This document shows, one piece after another, positions 24,115 to 35,925 of a stretch of DNA of 64,000 nt (its first letter is position 1; every line of letters starts with the position of its first letter). Both the position numbers and the translations under genes were made by a program. The notes under the pieces are model-generated. The model had not been told where the DNA came from. It saw nothing but the letters and a program-made list of their open reading frames with translations, and made no database searches. Source of the DNA: Ostrea edulis. Its lineage: Eukaryota. The stretch covers positions 34,100,001 through 34,164,000 of the forward strand of contig NC_079170.1 of the NCBI RefSeq assembly GCF_947568905.1. The letters are read 5' to 3'.

Positions 24115-24482
24115 AGATTTAAACCGAGGCAGACTACTGACAAACAACTTGATGTTACATGAGTTTCAACAGTCTTGTTTAAAATCGGCATTTTGCAAAT
24201 TCTATGCTCGTTATAACGATCTAGTTTACCGCTACAACCTGCCAATGATTGGGTCAAATACTTTTACCTGATTAAAATATAGGGCTGACGGTGGGTGTGA
24301 CTGGATACTTACTCGATAGGTGGAATCAGGTGTCTAGGAAGAGTAAACATTCCCACTGGACGGTCACGCCCGTCGTGAGCCCTGTCTTGATCAGGTAAAC
24401 AGGGTAATCCGTAATCAATATCAGTATGCGAAGAACGACCTTACAATCGGTATGAAACACGTCAGACAGAATTTGACCCAAT
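24115..24482. mobile_element. Two Penelope-like fragments fused tail-to-tail (+ 24115-24312, - 24313-24482)
   Basis: Each half matches the 6400-6700 region, in opposite orientations. Confidence 0.75.
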
Positions 24483-24662
24483 GAGTTTTCACTCTTCAAA
24501 GACTTTTCATTGAATACAAAGGGCTAAGAATAGAACTAATTTGAGTAGGGTTAAAGGAAATATTCACCATACACGATGACGTAGATGCGGGGAGAGAAGG
24601 GAGGAGTATCCCGCTCCAGCCGCGTCCGACCGAAGACGTGAAACTAAACAGTGACTACTCCT

Positions 24663-25779
24663 ACAATGTATACGGTTACATGTTACGAGTGTATCAAATA
24701 TTTAATATTCTATACTACTACAGTCCAAAAGCTCTTATACTCGTATGTATTACATGTATTTGTTACAACCAATAATTGACAACTGTACATGACTCTGACC
24801 ACAAAACAAAATATGGAAAGTTTAATACGCATCAATAAAGTTCATGCACCTGAAAACATTGATTCACCATTATAGGAATTTACTACTGGAATACATATAA
24901 TCTTATAACTCAAACTGTTTAACAGTTATTTACCTTGTTTGGCCTTAAAGTTTTTTTTCTTTCAAAGCTTTGTAAAGTTCACAACGGTTTTTCGTAAAAG
25001 GCACCACTTTCATTCAGAAAAACATACAAGTGCTCGTTAGCAGCCTTGACTATTAAAACACAGGTATTGCATGCTGTATTCGTCGTGTTTGTTGAGAGTC
25101 CTATTCACAAACTAAACAGTGTTCAGGTTGGAAGCTAATTTCAAACTCGGCACATGGTAATAAACAGAGATTTAACATGAAACATTTATGAAAACTAGAA
25201 GCGTGTTTCAATTTTTCTAGATGGAAAACGTAATATGAACAAAAATTGTGTTCGTGTGGGAGTCGAACCCGGTCGTTTTCAAAATAGAAAACATCTTTAC
25301 ATGTAAGAGTCGACGACCTTACCCACTGAACCACGTAGTCGACCATACAGTCATTACAAAGGACAATTAACGCACAGGTGAAGTTGAAAATAACACCAGT
25401 GAAGTCGTTTCAATTTTTTTTTAAATTTACAAAAAATGCCCTCGTGAAACAAAATTTCAAAGTGACAGATTTTTAGAGGAAAACTCAAAGAACATGTTCA
25501 TGCTAAATTTATTTCGTTTCATGGAGGCAGTTTTTCTGAAAAACGAGGATACCCCACCATTTTAACGCAAAATATCATATAAATCGACTATTGCTTGATT
25601 TAAACTCGAAATATTTTGGCTAATTTTGTCAATACACGTCTTTTAAACTTATTTTCAAAAATTTATGAATCAAGACATACGTTCCAATTGGTTTTATCAT
25701 ACATTTGAATAACTTAATTTTTTCGATCTTTCATGCAACACCTTTAGGGAAATTAACATGAGACATGCAACACTTTCTT
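24663..25779 (-). mobile_element. ~1.1-kb non-coding interspersed repeat; inverted copy of 37325-38715
   Basis: Collinear reverse-complement similarity along its length, e.g. CAATGTATACGGTTA...CGAGTGTATCAAATATTTAATAT. Confidence 0.85.
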
Positions 25780-26311
25780 TTTTCCCACCTTGAAAAAAAA
25801 CGCTGTTAAATCATTGCACGTACAGTGTATGTATACATTATTTCACCTGTTTTAGACTTTAAATTGGTGTTTACAAACAACTATCACTCGGCCATGTTAA
25901 GTGACAGTCACGTGTCCAGTTCAGGCTTTGAGAGCATCGGTTATCATATATGTGTAAAGCTGTGTATTTTGTTACAACAGTACCGTGTCATAAGTTTTAG
26001 AGAAATACAAATATCAAATACCTCTTAGTAATGTGTTGTTTTACGCTCTTTTAGTAATTCTATAGACAGTTGCGTCTGAGTTATGTTTGGATTCCCCTGA
26101 TGCGCGTGGGTCTATTTATAGACGGCCAACAGACGATGTATATAATGCACGCTTTCCCACTACATTTACGTTTTCAAAAATCTCACTGTTTTCTTTTACA
26201 TGCAACTGTTTTCAAGCATGTAATTAAGGGAAAGTTAAGAACTTTAAAAACTTATCATTTTGCTTTAAAGTAATCCTGTACAAAAATAATACACGAACAA
26301 CGGAACATACA

Positions 26312-28241
26312 TAATTAATATAATTGGGAAGGTAATGGAAAAAATGTGTTTATAATCATATGATCAGTTATGTTTACGAAAACCAAATCCTGTGCAAGAA
26401 TCAGTCGGTTTTTATTAAAGGCAATTCCGCTGTGAATCAACTTTTGGATATTTCTAACGATATTGGTAAAGCTATTGACCAGGGAAAAGAAGTAAGAGCA
26501 GTCTTTTGCGATATCAGTAAAGCATTCGATAGGATCTGGCATCGGGGATTAATATTCAAATTACATTAGACAGGTTTCTCAGGTAAAGTTTTATCTTGGT
26601 TAGAAGACTATATATCCAATAGAAGACAAAGGGTAGTTATCAACTCCAAAACATCTAAATGGTTTAAATTTAATGCTGGAGTTCCATAAGGTTCAATTTT
26701 AGGACCTCTACTATTTCTCATTTACATTAATGACATTGTCCTTGACATAAAATGTACCATTAGGTTATTTGCTGACGATACTACTCTATATATTGTCGTT
26801 GACAACCCGCAAAGCGCTAGTGATACCCTTAACTGCGATCTTCAAAAGATTCATTTGTGGTCTAGGAAATGGCTCGTTAACTTCAATCCTTCTAAAACAG
26901 AATCATTAATAATAAGCAACAAGCGTACACAAACTACTCACCCGGACTTGTTCTTTAACAATTGTGTCATAAAAAATGTTGAATGTCATAAGCATCTAGG
27001 CGTTACATTTTCCCAAAATGGGTCATGGTCATTTAATGTTCATACAGTTCTCTCCAAAGCTTCTGTCAGATTAAATATGCTACGGAAAATTTGTCATATA
27101 TTAGATAGGAAATCATTAGAGAAGTTTTATTTTTCTTTTATCAGACCTATTCTTGAATATGCTGACGTAATATGGGATAATATTTCTAGTGAACTTGGTC
27201 ATAAAATCGAACATCTTAAAATCAATAAGCAGCCAGAATCATAACTGTGAGTACAAAACTTACAAATACACTTAATCTTTATAAAGAATTGGGTTGGAAA
27301 CCACTTGAAAGCAGAAGGAAAAAACATTAAATTATCCAATTTCACAAAATGGTCCACGGCCTAGTTCCCGAGTACTTATGTAATCTTGTTCCTCCCAAAA
27401 TATATGAATCCCACTCGCATAACACAAGACAAGCTGACAATATTTTACAAACCAAATGTAAAACCATGCAATACAAAAATTCATTTCTGCCCAGTAGTAT
27501 CTCTCTGTGGAATAGTCTTCCTGACGATGTGAAAAACAACCCCTCAATATCAAATCTCAAAAGGCATTTCAACATAAATATTAAATCCCCTACGCCATAC
27601 TTTCTCACAGGTTCACGACAAGCTCAGATTTTACATGCACGTCTACGAATGAATTCCAGTTCATTAAAGTATCATTTATTCACAAAAATTATTGTCGACA
27701 GTCCTTTATGCTTATGTGGTGAAGTAGAAGACAGCAAACATTATCTCTTAGAATGCCCATTGTACCATCAACTCAGGGCCAGGTATCTTTTAAATCTAAC
27801 ACAATTGTGTAACATTAACACAAATACTCTGCTTTTTTGGAAATTCACACTTATCAGTATCTGAAAACATAACTATATTTCAATCAGTACATAAATTTAT
27901 TATTCAAAGTAAAAGATTTGCTGTACCCTATAAAACCTGATATATCAGCAATACTTTCGCTTGCATTCTAATATTTGCCTTTTGTATATGTTCTAAATGA
28001 TGTTCAAATATTCACACAACCCCATCACACATTATCATCACCATTGTTTTATCATTATTTTGTATGTAAATGACGAATCGCATATGTATGTCATTTCCAT
28101 AGACATAACACGATTCTGATTTATTAATGTAAAATAGGAGACGGATTTATATAAGTGCTAGCACTTGTTTCCGAATCCTGTTAATTTTGCATCTGTTTGT
28201 ATGTTTCATGTAATGCTTCATTTAATAAATATAGTTTAAAG
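26312..28241 (+). mobile_element. 5'-truncated, decayed CR1/L2-group LINE
   Basis: RT motifs VFCDISKAFD, GVP*GSILGPLLF, RLFADD, W...FNPSKT, KHLGV, with stops and frameshifts; exact 14-bp TSD CAACGGAACATACA at 26298-26311 and 28242-28255. Confidence 0.92.
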
Positions 28242-29963
28242 CAACGGAACATACAGCTTTAAAATATAAAGGGTAAATGATATGGAAATCTCACAAGCAA
28301 TCATATCGCTTGGGTTCAAATTTTAAAACTCTAAATATAGGATACCCAAGGTCGCCGATGAAAAAAAAACCCACAACAATAAACCAATTCACATGAAATT
28401 CTGATATGTCTTCTAATATATTTACATATAATCAATCAATATTACATACGTTACCAAAGTTCATCCAGAAATTCCGTATACTTCCCATGATAAACAGAAA
28501 CCAGGAATTCCGTATACTTTCTACGATATACAGAAATGTCCATTATATTTTACTCTAATTTTACCTGGGCCCTGGCACAGTACAACTAAATAGAATGTTT
28601 GCACATTACAACAAACTGTCATATAGAATGTGTACAACATTAGATATCATTTCTAAGTTGAATTTCTTACCCTATAGTCTGTGATAGCTCCAAGTGACTG
28701 AAAATTGTAAAACTGTCTGCAGTTTCACTTATCGTGGCCATTGACCAATTCCTTTATTTACCTTAAAAAAGGATGAAAGGACCCAAAACGATTTAGAAAC
28801 TCAAATATCAATTTTGACTAAAAATAATTCAATATAGAACATAAAATATGGTAATAACAGGTTATTAAGATATATAATACCTTTTAAGTCATTTTTGTTT
28901 GCTATTTTGGCTCTTCAACCAACGCCCACCCACCCTTTCCCTGGGTGGAAAGGGTACAACCTTAGGCCGGGATCCTCTGTTTGAAAAGTATATGGATCCA
29001 ACACTGACATGTGTCTCATGTTAAATTTCAGAGCGAACAGGTCCAGTGGGTGTGAATGGGTTTGAGACAGTGAGAGAAAAACTATTGAAACAGAATCATA
29101 TTGTAAACTACGGTCTAGATAGTGTATGGCCATAGTAAGAGGAAATGACAAATTTATTTGATATTTGAAATAACTAAATAGCTACAGTATAACAAAGAAT
29201 TGATGCTTGAATAGTTGTCTGAATACTGATATAGTTCTTTAGGATTGGATTAGAAGATGGTTTCTCAAAATCCTAATTTGTACGGGGGAGGGCGGTTCCT
29301 ACTGTAACCCTGTAACCGCGTGAAATAAAATGTTCATGTTTCGCTAAATACTTTTTATCCATAACTCTCAAACTTCATTCATATCGTTTATTACTACTTT
29401 ACATTATGAAATAACAAATAATGGTCATTGTCAAAAAAGGGAGCAGTAACACACACACACCCTACCCCACCCCCCCGATTTTACGTGCCTGTGGAGTGCT
29501 GCAGTCGACTTGTTGACTTTAGAAGATCATTAATAATTGCTATATTTTATACATACCACACCTCCTATGACCGTATTACTAAATGCTAACATAAATGCAT
29601 CATAACGTCCAAGTACATGCGCACATTTTTTTTTTTAATTTTGAACTATTAAGCACGCGCTAATTTCTGAATGTATGCACTTATTTTCATTAAGTAAATA
29701 TTCTAGTATTGTGGCATAGGATATTTGAATTAATTAATCATGTCATGTGAAAGAAATATATAATACAATTTAGAGTAGTATTGTAAAAAGTTCTTCTCTT
29801 CAACTAAATGATTGACTAATGCGTGTATTCATATATTTGATGTCCGTTCAGTCTACAATTCAATTGCCTAAATTGGCTAAAACTTTTTTTTTAAATGCAT
29901 AAAACAATTGAATATCGCGGTGTCTTATTAATATATACAATATCTCCATTCATAAAAAAAAAT

Positions 29964-30320
29964 AAGATAACGAACAGTGATCAATCTCATTACTTCTATA
30001 AGGGAGTTGGGCAAATACGCGGGCCCCTGTATATACCAGAGGTGGGATCAGGTGCCTAGGAGGAGTAAGCATCCCCTCGTTGACTGGTCACGCTCGCCGG
30101 AGTAACCCGTAGTCAAAATCAATATTTAAAGAACGACATAACAATTGACCTATGGAACACGTCACACACCATTCGACCTAACGAGTAACGACAGGCTGCA
30201 TTGGCAAATAAGGTTATCATTTGCAAAATGCTGGCTTCAATCGAAACTGTTGAAACCCGTGTAGCATCGAGGTATTTGTCAGTAGCCAGACTCGATTTAG
30301 AAATATATCATACCGAGAAC
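29964..30320 (-). mobile_element. Decayed Penelope-like 3' fragment
   Basis: Reverse match to the 6400-6780 region. Confidence 0.8.
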
Positions 30321-31784
30321 ACACGCTCGTATACATATATTATATGTACTTCATACTACTACTGCATATGCATTTTCAATATTTATAACTTATTATGGAA
30401 TGTCGTATGTAGTATGCAAGTATCAGGACCTGCCGGTGGATACCGCTCCCTTTTCTCCAGTTTTATCAATTTCTTACCACACTCCCCCTCCGACGATTGT
30501 AACAGTTATGACAGTGTGTTGTTTCACAAATTAAAAATAATAGTAAAATGAATATATTGAAAAAGACTTAAATTGTAATCTAACCCCTTTCAAATTCTAT
30601 TTTTATTTTGGCTGCCACTTTAAGAAAAGATTTTATGAATCTATCCAATGATTTAGAGATTTTAACCCCCTCCCCCACCCGACAACAACAATGAAAAAGA
30701 TGCAATTTTATTTCAACAATTTTAACCCATTTTTATAATTCGAGCTAGATATTGTCTAAGATAATTGAACTTGGATTTAATTAGAATAAAGCCATATTTT
30801 GGTGATTTTTTTTTTACCAGCTGACTGTAATTTTTTAACAAGAAGTGTTTTTCAGCAGTGCTATTTCTAAGTACCTAAAATATGTGTCTAAAGATAGAAC
30901 TAATGCTGTAAAGGACTGTTTTCCATATTTGCCTTTCTATTTTGAGACTATTCTGCTGAATGAAAAATGCACAAAATCTATTTATAATTGTTTAAATATT
31001 ACTGAGGTACTTCCCACTTCAATTCCCAAATAGAAAGGGGAGTTAACTCCCTGTGGAGTTAATGATTTAGGTGTGCACGATATTTTCAAAATTTGTTTTA
31101 AAACTACATGTACATTTGATTCTTCAGTGCAGTGGCTACAGTATAGGATCCTTAATCGATTACTCCCAGGGCCTATTAATTATTATCTTTAAAAAATTAA
31201 ATATCAAAACCACTGATATCTGCAATTTTTGCAATGTAGTAAGACAGAAACTATTTTGTGTATTTTTGTCATGTATGAAAAATAACTCCACTTTGGGGAG
31301 ACGTACTGTATGTATGTTTACAGAACAACCTCTAATAGAGTTGGTTTTAATGCTATTAAAATAATTTCGGGTGAATTTCCACTACCGGTAAATAAAAACT
31401 CAATTATATTATATGCTAAGCAGATTATATTTTCTCATGCTTATGTAAAAATAACATCCCAACCTTATATGGATTAATTTCTCATTTAAGAACAAAATAC
31501 TGCATCGAAAGACACATTACAATATGTAATTCTAAACTGTCCGACTTTGAAAATCAATGGACAAACTGGAAAAACATATTTCAGCCACAAATGTAAATTT
31601 TAATTACCGTATTTGATGTAAATATATACATGTATAGATGATGGAGATAATCGAATAGAAGCACCCGTGGGTAACCGACAATGGCATAGAGACTACTTTT
31701 CATTTTATAAATATTGCATTAAGAAAAAACATAATTTTTCTGTTCCATTCTTCATTCCTCGTTTTAGCAACACCCTTTTAAAGG

Positions 31785-31851
31785 GAAACGCAAACGAAAG
31801 TAGATCGGCACGAGTTTTGTCAACAAAGATTGAACTTGAAAGAAGGTGAGT
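31785..31851 (+). promoter_or_regulatory. Putative IRF/ISRE-like site followed by a candidate non-coding first exon of IFI44L copy B
   Basis: GAAACGCAAACGAAAGT contains the IRF core AANNGAAA; strong donor AAG|GTGAGT at 31845/31846; an otherwise unpaired acceptor TTTTTTAG| at 34782 lies 9 nt before the ATG. Confidence 0.45.
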
Positions 31852-32652
31852 CACATGCATGTCACTGAGTGTTTACAGGGGTGAGAATTAAGCAGTCTGG
31901 TAGATCTGTCAGGCGTGTCCTCATACCCCACCTATAGTAACGTAGTCAGTTCATTACAAAACTGCATATGGTGTTTTATTTGGGGCCAAGCGAGAGAAGC
32001 CCCCGCGCCGCGAGAAGTTTCTCACCTTCTGGTTTTTTTGCACGAAATAATTGTTTAGTGCGGGAGATCGAGAAACACGTGTGAACAGTCTAACAAGTTT
32101 AATAAAGATGGCAGTCAAACAAAATACAGTGCATTCTGGGAATAGTTCAATACACACATGAAATATCGCGGGAAATTCAAACTGGGAAATAATCTTTAAA
32201 TGTATTATGCTATTAATATATTATAAACAATAATCAATAGAGTTGGATCTGAAATATATTAATTAAAACATTTATTTGAAAAGTGTAGAATAAATCTTTA
32301 ATTAAAAAAATAAATGCAAAATTCGTGCGAATACTGGAGTTCTGCGGCGATCGCGACCGTGGATTGGGACTTCATACATCGGATTCGGTTTTTAGGGGAA
32401 AGTTCAAAATACATAATATCTCAGATAGGACACTTAAAAAAGTTTATCTAGGCTTAGTACTCTCTTTGGAATTGTGAAAAAATGGTTTTGAGAGAGAATA
32501 TTAGTGAGAACATGTCCCCACACCACTTGTCTTCACTAATCTAATAGTTTGTATCATGTAACTGGGTGGATAGAATTTTGTCCTCATAGTGCACGTTCTG
32601 TCCTCACAACTTCTGTCAAATGGTTAGAAATTGTCCTCACTTCACACCTTTT

Positions 32653-32655
<3 letters not shown>

Positions 32656-32714
<59 letters not shown>
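32656..32714. repeat. (CT)n microsatellite
   Basis: Direct reading. Confidence 0.98.
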
Positions 32715-32718
<4 letters not shown>

Positions 32719-34076
32719 ATTTAATGTAACAATCTAACCAAAAAAAAAGAAGAAGAGAAAAACATGAAGTTTTGGATGCCGAGGGACTGATGATGTTGAG
32801 AACACATCACCTCCACCCTTGTTCGTGGAATCAATTTTTTTATTTTATCAAAGAAAACTCACACCTGAAAAGGGGGGTAATTTTTCGCCGTCTTACCCCA
32901 ACATTACATGTGAAAAAATCAGTTGACATGCCATTTATCTTAATCATTTCCTCGAGCTCTGAATCTGATTGAAAAATGTAATAATTGAATTAAAAAGTAC
33001 CATATAACCTCTGTTGTTTTAGTTGCTGGTATTATTTCCAAGCAAAGTATGTAACACCACAAAGGAATTTGTAATAAAAGGGTGAAATTAACTGAGCTAC
33101 TAGTAATCTAATGTCAGTAATATTTATGATATACATGTACATGTACCATGTTTATGTACGAAATATTTTGCCAATACGGGGAATATGCATATGTTTTTTA
33201 AAAAAAAGACAAACAAACAAAATATGATTATAAGCAGACATGTGGTTTGCAATGTATTTTGCTGCAGGATTTCTTAATATATCTATAAATCCTTCCACTG
33301 TAACGTGCTATGTTAAAATATGACAACTACTCTATTACACGACATTCATTGATTGATTGTTTGCTGTTTCCGCCACACTAAAAAAATATTCAGTTATCTG
33401 GTGGCGTCGACATTCTTTGAAATACCAGATATTATATATTTTGAACTTTTCCCAGAAAATTTCCGAGTCTGCTGTCTGCAGTTTGAATCCATGGTCACCG
33501 CAAAACTCCACTATAGAGGGTATTTAATTTGATTTCCACCGTTCAATGGTTTTGTCATGAGGACAGAAGAACAACCAGTGTTTCTTGAGTTCGTGACGTA
33601 TAACTCTGCTATAGGTAACATGACCAGCACCAAGTTCCGAAGTCTTTAAAATGTGAGGCTGAACAAAAATATCGTTTATGAAAAATTTGTTTACACAAAA
33701 ATTAAAATCCCAATAAGATAATGTCAAAATGAACACGTCGTAAACCCTACACCAACAGTTCAGAAATTGAAGGATTAGATTCGCAATCACTGCTTCTGAA
33801 GTAGCATGAACAATTAGAACATCTTTTATCATTTTAAAATTTGAATTAAATTTAAAAAAAATTATGAGAACTTGCATACTGTAATGTAATACACACACTT
33901 CCATACTGTAATTTATCATAAAAGCTTACATACCAAAATTCACTTTGACATACTTTTTATATATATATTTACTTTCATTAACTACACAGTTCTACCTTTT
34001 ACATTGTATACTGTAATTAACCATTTTGTGTAGGGTTCATCTGCTTTAGGGCCATTCCCTTCTCTCCGCCAATCCC

Positions 34077-34258
34077 GTGGGGATTCGGGTTACGATAGAT
34101 CCTCAGTACTCCCTTGCTTGTCGTAAGAGGCGACTAAATGGGGCGGTCCTTCGGATGAGACCGTAAAAACCGAGGTCCCGTGTCACAGCAGTGGTGACGT
34201 CTCCATATGAGTGAAATATTCTCGAGAGGGACGTTAAACAATATTCAATCAATCAATC
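34077..34258 (+). mobile_element. SINE (structured head, Meta core), internally deleted
   Basis: GTGGGGATTCGGG...CTTGTCGTAAGAGGCGACTAA...AAACCGAGGTCCCGTGTCACAGCAG with an (AATC)n tail. Confidence 0.85.
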
Positions 34259-34791
34259 CTACCCGCCATATTTCTGTCTGTTCCAATATGTACGAACCGT
34301 AAAGTTTATTCGTCTTTGGAAAACAATAGTGTACAGACAAACTACTGAATTGTGTTTCTTGTCGTTAAGCAATATTCGCGAAATGACAGACAGAGAGATA
34401 AATTGATATATATATATATATAGATAGATAGATAGATAGATAGATACAAGTCATGTACATAAATAGATAGATAACATGTATGATTATTGTCATTTCCAAA
34501 TATTCCTCGGTCCTGAATACCATACAAATTATGATTTATTGTTTATTTCAACAAGCATGTATAAACATAATAAAACAACTTCTAAGAAAACAAACTTTGA
34601 TAGTTTAAAGAGGAAACACGCTAGATTGTTTAGTGATCTTGTAAGGATGACAGTGGCAGTGATTTCATCTAGGCAGAATTGACTGTCATAGATGCTCATA
34701 TTAATGTCGACTTACCTGTGTAATCAAAACCATGTGTAAAAACCTAATTTTTTGGTCTCTCATATAAAATTTTCTTTTTTAGTGACCAATA

Positions 34792-35314
34792 ATGGATGGT
34801 AAATTTGATTTTAATGTCAAAAAACGGCTATCAGAGTGGATAGGCCGGGACAGCCAGTTCGAGCTTCTGTATAAACTCAGTAGGGATGGGGGAGCGCCTG
34901 AGAAATTTCACGAGTTGTGTGACGACAATGACCCCACGGTGACCATCTTCTACAACACAGACAACAATGTGTACGGGGGATACACGTCACTGAGCTGGAA
35001 GAGTGAAGGAGGCTGGTGTATGGACAAACTGTCATTTCTGTTCAAGCTTTATACCAATAAAAGATGGGAACCCAGAAAGTGTCCATTGTTAAAGACGAAC
35101 AACTACACGAACGTTTTCTTTAGTAGTGGTAGCGGCCCATGGTTTGAAAATCTGAGATCTTTTGATAACTTTGTTGACAAAACTTTCGGCTATTACTCAC
35201 TGAGTACAGACGGTCTGTTTGATGGAGATTATTATGACATGGGAGGAGAGAACGCACAGTCTGTAGCCAACGGACACAACAACGTCACAGATCTAGAGGT
35301 GTATCTGGTCAAAG
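34792..35314 (+). CDS. IFI44L: IFI44L-like copy B exon 1 (TLDc)
   Basis: TLDc motifs; donor AAG|GTAAAT. Confidence 0.93.
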
Positions 35315-35862
35315 GTAAATGTCCACATCTACAAGCATCATCAAAATAATCCATATAAAAGACAGTAATGAATCAAAGGTGAGAGGTGAGTAACCCCGAG
35401 ACGACTGTTGATATATTCTGTCTCATTATACAGTACTACATTTATATTATATCATACTGCATTACATTGTAATGCTATTATATCATTTACAGTCTATGAA
35501 ATTTTCCATTTTGCACATATATATCTACAGGATGGAATAGTCATTATCGACCATCTAAACAAGTCAAAACTTGCTTTCGATGAGGATAGCAATATATGAC
35601 TTGCCTTGATGGTTGAGCGCGCTGGTTACATGCTGCTAGGATATTATGTTCCGCAGGTCGTGAGTTCAACCTCGAGTAGGGGCGGAAGTAGGTATCCAAA
35701 AAAAATAAAGTGAAATTTTCTGTACTTTATATTATCTATTTCTTCACTTAAGGCAGTTATGTTCATTTAAGAGTTCATTGCTATTCCCGTGCTTGATTAT
35801 ATATTAAAAAAGGCAACACACTTTCGTGTTGTCTTTGATTTTTAATTTCGATATGTAAAGAC

Positions 35863-35925
<63 letters not shown>

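Noticed and set aside
33524-33919. 131-aa minus-strand ORF and other 60-130-aa AT-rich ORFs (e.g. 20331, 30201, 54646)
   Set aside because: Low-complexity I/F/L/K-rich translations typical of non-coding AT-rich DNA or repeats; no motifs or splice support.
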